From assembly GCA_950097015.1 (NCBI GenBank), contig CATNEN010000038.1, forward strand, positions 25,358,001 to 25,422,000: a DNA stretch of 64,000 bases, given 5' to 3'. Source of the DNA: Macrostomum hystrix. Its lineage: Eukaryota; Animalia; Platyhelminthes. Of this stretch, positions 11,401-22,300 are shown piece after piece (the first letter of the stretch is position 1; each line of letters starts with the position of its first letter). The notes beneath the pieces were generated by a model. It saw only the letters and a list, made by a program, of their open reading frames with translations. It was not told the DNA's origin and ran no database searches. The position numbers and the translations under genes were made by a program.

Positions 11401-14291
11401 CTGTTAGACACTGAGAGAGCTAGCTGTTAGACACTTAAAAAGCTACCTGTTAGGCTCAGAAGGAGCTACCTGTTAGACTCAGAAGGAGCTACCTGTTAGA
11501 CACTGAGAGAGCTAGCTGTTAGACACTTAAAAAGCTACCTGTTAGGCTCAGAAGGAGCTACCTGTTAGACACTGAGAGAGCTACCTGTTAGACACTTAAA
11601 AAGCTACCTGTTAGACTCAGAAGGAGCTACCTGTTAGACACTGAGAGGGCTAGCTGTTAGACACTTAAAAAGCTACCTGTTAGGCTCAGAAGGAGCTACC
11701 TGTTAGACACTGAAAGAGCTACCTGTTAGACACTGAAAGAGCTAGCTGTTAGACACAGAAAGAGCTACCTGTTAGACACGGAGAGAGCTAGCTGTTAGAC
11801 ACTTAAAAAGCTACCTGTTAGTCTCAGAAGGAGCTACCTGTTAGACACGGAGAGAGCTAGCTGTTAGACACTTAAAAAGCTACCTGTTAGTCTCAGAAGG
11901 AGCTACCTGTTAGACACGGAGAGAGCTAGCTGTTAGACACTTAAAAAGCTACCTGTTAGTCTCAGAAGGAGCTACCTGTTAATCCCTGAAAGAGCTACCT
12001 GTTAGACACTTAAAAAGCTACCTGTTAATCCCTGAAAGAGCTACCTGTTAGACACTTAAAAAGCTACCTGTTAGACACAGAAGGAGGTTAATTTATTCAT
12101 CGCCTCTAGCCAAATATGAAAACCAGTTTTATTGCATAATTGAACACCTTTTGCGGTCATCGCCTTTGGATTGGTGACTAATTAGCAACTTACGCCACTG
12201 GTTCCTGTGAGTGCAGTGCAATTATTGTAAGGGCCAGCAAAAAAATGTACCCCAGTTTTGGCCACTGACCTCGAGGCTTGTAACACCTGAGAAATAGCAT
12301 AAAATGAGAAGCAGTAAAAAAATATAAGCTTTGCCAACAAGCCAAAACTTTGCTTCGTTGCTATAGCCAGAAAATAATCTGTAGAATGAGATTCTCTTTG
12401 CTGAGAAAATTGCTGCTGAAGAATTCTACCGATTGTAAATCTAGTCCGGAGATACTGACCGCCTTTGATGCTGAACGTCCCACTTATCAAACTTTACTGT
12501 GAGATTACGAAATGCAACTTATAGTTAATGATACCCTGCTAGACGTTGATTATTTTCCTCTCTAATTGTCCCCTGTTCTCTGTCCCCTGTTCTCTGTCCC
12601 CTGTTCCCTCTCCCCTGTTCTCTCTCCCCTGTCATCTCTCCCCTGTTCTCTCTCCCCTGTTCTCTGTCGTCTGTTCTCTGTCCCCTGTTGTCCGAGTTCA
12701 TAAAATCCAATCCAATTGATCCACATCAATTTCTGACAGGTCGCAAGACGCATCCCGAACGGCCCAATCGCAGGAGCTGCAGTTGCGCAACGCCGGCAAG
12801 ATGGACCCGGCCAGACAGTTGCCGTTCTGCGTTGGTCGAGTCGATGACAGGTGACCGCAGCTATTCTTACCTGTTGTTCTTTACCGGTTCTACCCGTATT
12901 TATTATTATCTATTCTCATACACTGACCAATAGTGTACGCAGCTATATGCGCACGAATAGATGGCCTCTAATAACTACCGGCTGATTGTATTGGAGGCTG
13001 CACATTGAGTAGATCTACTCAGCCACTATAAACGTTTTCTGGTCTTTAAGCGTGGCCAGCTTAAAAAAATTTCTGCAGGCGTTAGTAGGAAGGCGTGTAC
13101 ACACAGACAGGGGGACAGAGAGGTTCAGCAGCGCCTGCTCGCTCCGAGTAAACACTACCCCAAAAACTGGGGGGAGTAGACGGGCAAGGAAAATATAGGT
13201 GCCGAGTTAGTTCATTCCATTTTTGATACGAGAACAATTTTAAGTGTGCAGTAAAACAAAGCTCTCTCGCTTACACTCTATAACCAAAAAAGGGAGGTAG
13301 GTTGGTACGGAGGTCGACTAGAATCTAAACTTTGCTTTCTGCTTTCTGACGAGAAAGAAATAAAAACCAACTAAGAACATTTTCATTCTAATATAGATTC
13401 TAATGTTTAACCTTCATTAAAATTAAAAGAAATCGAAACGAAATTGTAATGTAAATTACAATGACCTACACAAAGTCGCTGTTTGTTAGAATGCAAGCTT
13501 CATTTCGCGGAGACGGCAACAGTCGAAGGCATTCTTTGCCGGTTCGACCTGAAATCATCAGCGGATCGTTGACGTGCGCTCGAGACAAACTTTTTTTATT
13601 CTATAAGTTTAAAACTATATTTTCTAAGAAACCGACTCAATTATATAAAAAAACTTAATTTTCAGATTGCAAAAAATCAATCGGCCCGATCTGGAGAACA
13701 TGCGGCACATAGAGAACTCACTCAAATTGTGGATCTTTGAAGTTAAAAAACTGCCCAGTGCCGCCAAGAAGAGGTGCGTCGAGTTGTCAACTACGACGTA
13801 ACACCAGCATATGTTGGTGTTAAAAATATCTTATCACTCCGAGCAATATGCAATTATAATTTTCAGATATTTCTGCGAAATCTACCTGGATCATATCCTG
13901 TTCGCGAGGACGACTAGCAAAGAGAAGACGCCGGACGCCGATCCGTTTTGGGGCGAGAAATTTGAATTCAAGTGAGTTTAGCGAATAAGTCAGTGATACG
14001 TACAGGGTCCCTGATCTCGATTCCGCGGCGAGGCCAGACTTATTTGGGCCGCAGCTGTGCAACTTACGCACTTGGAGGGCCTCTAGTATCGCCGAATGAT
14101 GTGCCTTGTGCCCCGCAGCCCTCCTGCCACTATTAATTTTTTTATTCTGTAATCGCCAGGATTCCACCGCTTACTTTAACAATAACTTCTAAAGAATCGA
14201 ATCTAAACATTCCCACAGCAATCTGCAAGAGGTTGCCATAGTAACGATCCGCCTCTACCGGGAGTCCTCAGATAGAAAAAAGAAGAAGCAT

Positions 14292-14367
<76 letters not shown>

Positions 14368-17300
14368 TGGGTTTTCCTCGAGGCGGTGGCAGCAGCAGTG
14401 TCGGAGAGCTTCTTGGAGAAGTGCAACTGGACGCTCAGGAGATACGAACCGCCGCCGAACGCTGGTTTCCCCTGCAACAGCAGCAGCAGCAGCAGCAGCG
14501 ATCGTCTCAACAGGCTTCCGCGGCCTCAACATCGCTTCGTCTTCGAGCCCATTTTCTCAGCGTCGATGTTCTACCGGTTCGCTGCTACGCTGGCCTGCGC
14601 CAGTTGGCAACGCGCCAGGCTCTGGAGCTCGCCTCCGCCCTGGAGCCTCGACTGTCACTGAGAGCCAAGGAGGAGCTGGCAGCTAGGCTTGTGTCACTAG
14701 CGCACGCTGCTGGCAATGCTGAAACTCTACTAGCCGACCTGTGCATGGTCGAGGTGACCGGCAGCGGCGGCGGTCGAAGCACCGCTTCCGAGGCCTCCGT
14801 ATTTCGCGGCAACAGCGTGGCTACGAAGGGTGTGGAATTTTTTCTCCGTCTCACCTGCGCAGCCTACCTACGTTCGGTGATGGCAGAACCATTGAACGCT
14901 CTCCTGACTCCAACGTCCAGTGCAGCGATGACGTCTTACGAAGTGGATCCGCAGCGTGCCATCAGTGCTGACCAGCTAGCGGCTAGTCAAAGAAATCTTC
15001 TGGCCCTAGTTGAGCTGTTCTGGCTGCGCATTCGATCATCAGCGGAGCTTCTGCCGCCGGAGGTGCCACGACTTTTCGCTTTGATGCGCCAACGACTGGC
15101 AGAGTCCGGCCGGCCGCAGCTAGGCGACACTCTGGTCGGTGCCAGCCTGTTCTTGCGCCTCATCTGTCCGGCAATTCTCGGCCCGTCACTGTTCGGCCTT
15201 TGCGCCGAGCTGCCCGACGCTCGCGCTAGCCGCGCACTGACTCTCGTGGCTAAGACGGTGCAGAATCTGGCAAACGGCTGCGCCAGCGGCGTCGGCTCGG
15301 GCGGCCACGGCAGCTACGCTTTCGGATCCAAGGAGCAGCATCTTCAGTTTTTGAATGGCTTTCTGGACAAAAATGCCTCCCAAATGCAGCTGTTCTTGCG
15401 GGCGGTCTCGCGCCCACTGCCGAGGCCTCAGCAGCAGCAGCAGCTTGCATCACCATCGCCCAATAGCGGGGCTGCAGTGACTATCGATGTCGGCTACGAG
15501 CTGGCTCAGCTTCACTCTCTGCTATCTTCGACAAGCGGCTGTTTAGCACCGCTGGAACAGTCGGCTGCGTCAGCTGAATGTTCTTCGAATATATTGAGCC
15601 TCTTAGCTAAGGAAGTAGCCGCAGTGGACCACTGCATGCTCACTGACAATGTTGTTCACGCTGATGCCATCGCGGTCAACACTGCATCGCCAGACGATCC
15701 GTGGGTGTACAGCAACGTCAGCGACTGTCCTTCGCCATCGCTGCAAATTAGGAAGCCGCAGCATCAGTATCAGCAGCAGCAGCAACAACTGCACGATGAT
15801 TGGAAGCGTATGGTCGAAGAGGCTCACAGCTTCACGACAGGAAGCAGCAGCGGCTATCAAAGCTTCACTCCAACGGCCTCGGGCTCCGGAATCGCGTCAG
15901 CTCGAGCAGTCGAGTCTCCTGTGCAGTTCTACAATCCGACTTACCAGAAAGCTGTTGCACTCGCCTCAGCAACGGAAGCTGCAAAGTCTATGGCCGGAAA
16001 CGCTTTGGACGCTGATGAAGGCGAATACGAGGGTGAGCTGGACGCGCACGATTTGTTACACCGCGGCTCCACTACTTCGTCATCTGACTTGGCCGGATCC
16101 GAGGAGTCATTCGAGCCGGGACCGCCGCCGCCTCCGACGCCGCCGCCACTGCCGCCGCCGCTGTCGGATCGAATGACGCGATCCTATCTACCCGAAGCGA
16201 TTGAACACTTCAACAGCGGAGGACGAATAGCATCAGGAGATACTAGCGCGACCGTAGCTGATAATATTTGTATGAAGTCCCGATCATTGGGTCTAGCGGC
16301 TGCTTCAAACGCTAGTGGCGCGGATGCCTCCGGACGTGTCCGGATGGGCCTTCGGTGAGAATGCTGTTTTTAGAGCATGGGTTGTCGTTTTCAAAAGTTA
16401 GGAAAACCACATTAACACTAGAACTACCAAAGGGACCATGTTTTGCGCTGCACCCGAACGGGGCGACGCAAACACACGAAACTCAAGAACGCAAGCCAAA
16501 TTTTTGTTGCGCATCTTCTGAAACAAGAATCAAGTTGCCAGGTCTTCAGACCATCGAGATATTCAATGGTTCTGGCCGAAGGTCGTATTTTTCCCATAAG
16601 CGCTAGTGTACTTCATACAATCCAATACACGAATTAGCACTGTGCCTCAGTGCGGCCTTGCCAGGCCTTCAAAATTTATCAGCACGTCACCCGAATGAGC
16701 CTACATCATCTCCGTCTTCGCGGTGGTCACCGACCTTTATTTAGATGAACTGCTGGACTGTCAAGGGCTACAACAGGTAGAACTAGGCTGATAGGCGCTT
16801 CCAAAAAAGTTTTCAGGGGGACCCCATGGTAAAAAAACGGGCGGCAAAATGGCTTGGTAGTCCTACTGTTAAACACAATCAGGACATATTGCTAGAATAT
16901 AGTTTTTACATTTGCAAAAGTTTATTTACATACGAGCTAATGTGACTAAGTTCGTAATTTTTGCAGCGTTCGCCAGCAGCAGCAGCAGCAGCAGCAGCGC
17001 TTAAATCTGAACTATGAAACCGAGCTGCAGAAGTTGCAACGCGAACTATCCGAGACCAAGCTAAGACTGCACGCAACTGAAGCCAGATTGCGAACAAATG
17101 AAACTGAGAAAGCCCAGCTAATGGCTCAGTTCCAGCAGCATCATCAGCAGCAAAAGCTTCGCCAGCAGCAGCAGCAGCAGAAGCAAAACACTGCAGGGTT
17201 GCAAATGTCACTCAGTGGCACGGGAGTTGAAGCTGGTGAATCCGGTAGGCACAGTGACGGTGGCAACAAGCAAATGCAAGAAATTATGGATCGATTGAGG

Positions 17301-17492
17301 AATCTAGAGTGCAACTTGCAGCAGCAGCAGCTTCCTGATAAAAAACAACAACAACAACAGCAACATAGGAAACATGAACAGCAGAAGCAGCCGCAGCAGC
17401 ATCAACAGCAACAGCGAAAACAACTTTTAAGACAAAAAGTGCCTCAACAACAGCAAAGATCGATGACCGCTAGTCCAGCAATTCAAGACTAA
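8445..17492 (+). CDS. Ras GTPase-activating protein, SynGAP/DAB2IP/RASAL2 family (degenerate PH - C2 - RasGAP - coiled coil), ~1214 aa
   Basis: Phase-consistent exons 8445-8666, 10057-10409, 12740-12850, 13490-13573, 13666-13773, 13867-13971, 14219-16354, 16967-17492 (3645 nt). Family motifs: [48 protein letters not shown] (C2), arginine finger [46 protein letters not shown], and C-terminal coiled coil [10 protein letters not shown]. The start codon and exons 3-4 are less certain. Confidence 0.9.
8690..9990. repeat. 22-bp minisatellite (CTTCCGCCCTTCATCCACTCCA)n filling a RasGAP intron
   Basis: Tandem copies within intron 8667-10056. Confidence 0.92.
10430..12085. repeat. 23-bp minisatellite with a 69-bp (3x23) higher-order repeat
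   Basis: Alternating AGCTACCTGTTAGACACTGAGAG / AGCTAGCTGTTAGATACTTAAAA / AGCTACCTGTTAGACTCAGAAGG. Confidence 0.92.
14219..16354 (+). CDS. Large exon encoding the end of the C2 domain and the RasGAP catalytic domain
   Basis: ORF 14367..16358 with FRGNS and FLR motifs; acceptor CCCACAG at 14218 and donor CG|GTGAGA at 16354/16355. Confidence 0.95.
14292..14366 (+). repeat. Perfect (CAG)25 coding repeat (polyQ)
   Basis: 75 nt of uninterrupted CAG, in frame after ...DRKKKKH. Confidence 0.9.
16416..16868 (+). mobile_element. piggyBac-like MITE (internally deleted copy)
   Basis: TTAA|CACTAGAACTACCAA ... TTGGTAGTCCTACTG|TTAA: TTAA TSD and 15-bp TIRs with 2 mismatches; homologous to 55185-56147 in the opposite orientation. 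Confidence 0.8.
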
Positions 17493-18287
17493 AATCATGC
17501 AGAAATTAAGCATTGTTTCGTGTGTCGCCGTCTTCACGTTAAGCGTTCGGGCTTAAATTTCGAACTCATTTAAGAACAATAAGTCCAGCCATATACAAAA
17601 ATGTCCTATAGTATTTCTAAAGCTACGGTAATAAATAGTCACGATAACAAACATATAGTTTTTCTAGGAAATTATGAGATTTTTTACTTTTTCCAGTATG
17701 ATACGATGGAAAATATAAACTTTAAGTATATTAATTGCATTCTATACTTTTTCCCACTTGTGGCCCAATCAGCAAATGCTAGTTTTTTAAACTTTTCAGC
17801 TCAAAAGCTATTCGATCAACCTTCTCTAATATCTAGACCGATTGATCTAATTTGAAAATTAGAGTAAACTTTGTTATTATTAAATATTGTACATTTTATC
17901 AGCGTTCGGAAAAATTGATCTTGTAATATGTACATACCATTTATTCTCTAACAGCTTCTAAAGTGGTATTTTAGTCAAATTTGGTCATGTCTTTAACTAA
18001 ATTCAACTATATTTAACTGCTTGTGGCTGATATATTTTTATTTGGCTGTCGCTTTTCTTTAATTTCGCACACCAGCCAACTTCACCCTCATTCGACTACT
18101 GCGAACAATCATAAGTAGTATCGTATGCAAATAAACTGCTAATTTACTGACCAAATTAATTTAGTCATCGCTTTTACATGTGCCTGCAAAATCAAAGAAA
18201 AAAATATAGACTTTGTCTGCCTTTAAAAGCTAAATTCAATTAATCGGATAAAATTGCCATTGTAACGCATTAATGGAAAGGTGATTG

Positions 18288-18644
18288 TCTCTCTCCCCAT
18301 CTCGCTCCCCATCTCTCTCCCCATCTCTCTCCCCATCTCTCTCCCCATCTCTCTCCCCATCTCTCTCCCCATCTCTCTCCCCATCTCTCTCCCCATCTCT
18401 CTCCCCATCTCTCTCCCCATCTCTCTCCCCATCTCTCTCCCCATCTCTCTCCCCATCTCTCTCCCCATCTCTCTCCCCATCTCTCTCCCTATCTCTCTCC
18501 CCATCTCTCTCCCCATCTCTCTCCCCATCTCTCTCCCCATCTCGCTCCCCATCTTTCTCCGCATCTCTTTCCCCATCTCTCTCCCCATCTCTCTCCCCAT
18601 CTCTCTCCCCATCTCTCTCCCCATCTCTCTCCCCATCTCTCCCC
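18288..18644. repeat. 12-bp minisatellite (CCCCATCTCTCT)n
   Basis: Direct tandem copies. Confidence 0.95.
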
Positions 18645-19354
18645 GTCAGTATATATAAAGTATACTATTTATACTACTGAGCAGTAATTGTTGTAAGTAG
18701 CACTTTTATGTTTGTTTCTCCATTCTATATGTAGCATTGTTCCAGCAAAAGTTCAAAAAAATATTTTGTGAAATTTAGAAATGCAAAATGCCTAACTAAC
18801 TAGAAATAAAAGTAAATTGTATTTTTGGAACTATTAAAATTACTTTTCTGTTTTGCAACCTTGCAACAATCTCACCGACTGTCTCATTCAAAAATACGTT
18901 TCTGAGGCTTTTCAAGCTAAGTATTGTAGTGTCAATATAAATTGAATCTGTCTAACTGCTCAAACGGATAATATTTTATATTAGTGGGCGCGTCTGTGCT
19001 CAAAGACTCTTTGCTCACGCGGCTAAATGAGATTTCATATTGAAACCAAGGCCAGTGGTCTCAAACAATAGACAGCTTTCAAAGCTGCTCGTTTGAGCTT
19101 CTATCTGATTATACAGTGCGAGCATACGAGAATGCAGAGTTTATGTTTGGACAAAATAGACTTGGCAACAGAGGGCGTCGATTTAGATGAAGAAAAAAGT
19201 AGATAAAAACTTAGATAGACTCGATCTTCGAGCTATTATAGAGAGTCTGCATATACTAAATAGTCTGCATATACTAAATAGTCTGCATATACTAAATAGT
19301 AACCAACTGCCAAGATTCACACGGAACCGCCAGGCGTGTGAGCACGACTCAAAC

Positions 19355-22300
19355 ATGTCTAGTATGCACGCGCGCAGTCTTCCACGGGTGCGGGAGGCAC
19401 TGGAGAAGGCTGAAAGGGTCCGCTTCTATAAGCAGAGAACCAACAAATACACGGACGAGGTGCGCCTAATGAAGGCTCTCACCGGGCTGGAGAACCAGCG
19501 CATTGCCGCGCTGGCAAGAATCAAAGAGGAAACAATGGACTTGCGAATGCAAGCGCTGAACATTCGCGACGAGGAGAAGGCCTTCCTGGATTCCGACACG
19601 GCTGGTCTAGACGAACTCAAAAGAAAGGTTGAGATCAACAAACAGAGGACCTTTCAACAGGAGGCTAAGTACAAGCCAAGTAAGATTAGTCTATCGCCTC
19701 ACATTAGAATGTCTCACTCTCGAAGCATTGTTGTGTCCTCACTCTCGAAGCATTGTTGTGTCCTCACTCTCGAAGCACCGCCGTGTCTTCGTGTAACTCG
19801 AAGTAATATCGTGTCTGACTCGAAGCCCTGTCGTGTCTCACTCGAAGTAATATCGTGTCTCACTCGAAGCCCTGTCGTGTCTCACTCGAAGCCCTGTCGT
19901 GTCTCACTCGAAGCCCTGTCGTGTCTCACTCGAAGCCCTGTCGTGTCTCACTCGAAGTAATATCGTGTCTGACTCGAAGCACTGTGGTGTCTCACTCGAA
20001 GCACTGTGGTGTCTCACTCGAAGCACTGTCGTGTCTCACTCGAAGTAATATCGTGTCTCACTCGAAGTAATATCGTGTCTGACTCGAAGCACTGTGGTGT
20101 CTCACTCGAAGCACTGTGGTGTCTCACTCGAAGCACTGTCGTGTCTCACTCGAAGTAATATCGTGTCTCACTCGAAGTAATATCGTGTCTGACTCGAAGC
20201 ACTGTGGTGTCTCACTCGAAGCACTGTGGTGTCTCTACTACTTACTACTTACTACTGGCGGGGGGCGAGACGCCGCGAATAGGCCGCGAGGCCCCTATCG
20301 CAACCCCAAGGTAAAAGGAAGGTGGCCTCAGCCTTGGGGGTGCGCCCACCCCACGCCAGCAGTCGGCAGGTTCGCCGGGGAGGCGTCGGCGACCTTCATC
20401 CGGCCGGTGTCACGGACGAAGGCGCGAAGGTCTCGGATGTTGTCCGGAGTGGTCAGTTCGTCCATCCCTTGCGGGTGGCCGAGGTGCCAGTTGCGCGCCT
20501 TATCGAAGTAGGGGCAGAATGTCACGTGATGCGCAGCGGTTTCTTTACCTATGCCACAGAAGGGACAGGTGGGGGAGCAGCCAGTTTGTAGCGAAATGTG
20601 TCTCTGGAAGAAGCCATGGCCCGTGATGACCATGCACATCTCCCTGAGGTCAGTTCTATTAAGTGAAATCAAAAAGTCAGAGACTTTTCGGTTAATGATC
20701 GGCATGGCCATACGGGTCTGCCTATAGTCGGTGCAGCTACTCCAGTGGAGCTGGTGTTGCTGATTTAGCCACCTGTCAACAGTGCGGTTGATGAGGGATT
20801 TAGGTACCGGTACCCTGATCGGGCGGTGGTTGTTGTCCGGGTTGCTGCCATCCTTGGCGAGTTTGTCCGCGAGTTCGTTGCCAAGGATGTTGCTGTGGCC
20901 TGGGATCCAGATTAGGCTGATCCTGTTAAGGACCGCGAGTGACTGCAGGTCTCGGTGGCAGTCAGAGACCGTCCGAGTGGAGAGTTTGACGGCAGACAGA
21001 GCCTTGAGGGCGGCTTGACTGTCAGAATAGATGCAGATGTTGAATCTGCTGACGTTGGCATTGAGGAGGTGTTTGGCGCATTGGTTAATGGCGTAGATTT
21101 CGGCTTGGAAGACCGACGTGTTCTCACCAAGGTGAAGGCTCTCCTGAAGGAGCGCCTTACCCTCATGGAAGATGGCAATGCCTGCTCCGGCTAGGCCGTT
21201 GCTCAGCGAGCCATCGGTAAAGCAGTGGATACCCTGGCTGCGCTGGTTTACGCCGACGTCCAGCTGAGTGCTACCACGGTCAGGGATGACGGCGCTAAAA
21301 CCCCTCCTGAGGATGAGGGAGGGAGGCTGGCTATCCACATCGTTGGGGTCGATGTGGATGTGTGCAAGGTCACGGCGGACATAGTCCAGATGCGGAATGA
21401 GAGATTTGTCAGGAATAAATCCGGTTGGCGTATTCTTAATGGATTTATCGCAGATAAGCCGGTAGGCGCACTTCATAGCCTCCGCCCTAATAAACAAATA
21501 GAGCGGAGGCATGTTTAAGATAGTATTAAGGCCCTCGTATGGGGTGGAGGGGTACGCACCTGCAATGGCACGGCAGATGCTGCCCTGCAGCTGGTAGAGT
21601 CGGTCGCGGGCGGTTTTCTGTTCCAGTACGCTGGACCAGATGAGGCTCGCATACGTAATACTCGGTCTAATGATACCGGTGTAGATCCAGCGGACCGTTC
21701 TCGGGGTGAGGCCCCAGGTCGGTCCAATGGCCCTACGAACTTGGGCGAAGCAGCGTTTTGCTCGTCCGATGATGTTTCCAAGGTGTTTTGTCCAGCGCAG
21801 ATCGTGCGTGAGCGTTACACCTAGGTACTTGGTTTCCTTTTCGAAAGGGATGTTCCTACCATACATGGTGAGGTTTTGCATGTCCCACTTACGTTTTCGA
21901 GTGAAGACAATTGCTACCGTCTTGGTGACGCTGATTTTGAGGCCATGCTGGGTGGCCCAGTTTCCTGCCTTGTTGGCGAATTGCTGTAGCAGGTTACGCA
22001 GGGTGCTGGTGTCTGGCCCGCTGACCACCGCGGCGACGTCATCGGCATAGCCGGCCCTGGTGACACTGCTAGGTACATCAGCCGTCAGGAGCTCGTCCAT
22101 GACGAGGTTCCAGAGCAGCGGGGTAAGCACACCGCCCTGGGCGCCACCTTTCATCACTGCGCGGGTGCAGGTGATGTTCATGAGCGTGGAGGTAACGGAT
22201 CTGTTGCGGATCATGAAGTCGATCCAGCGAGTTATGCTGGGTCTGACGCCTCTGTCTGAAAGGGTATCTCTGAAGGAGCCAAAGTTGACGTTGTCAAAGG

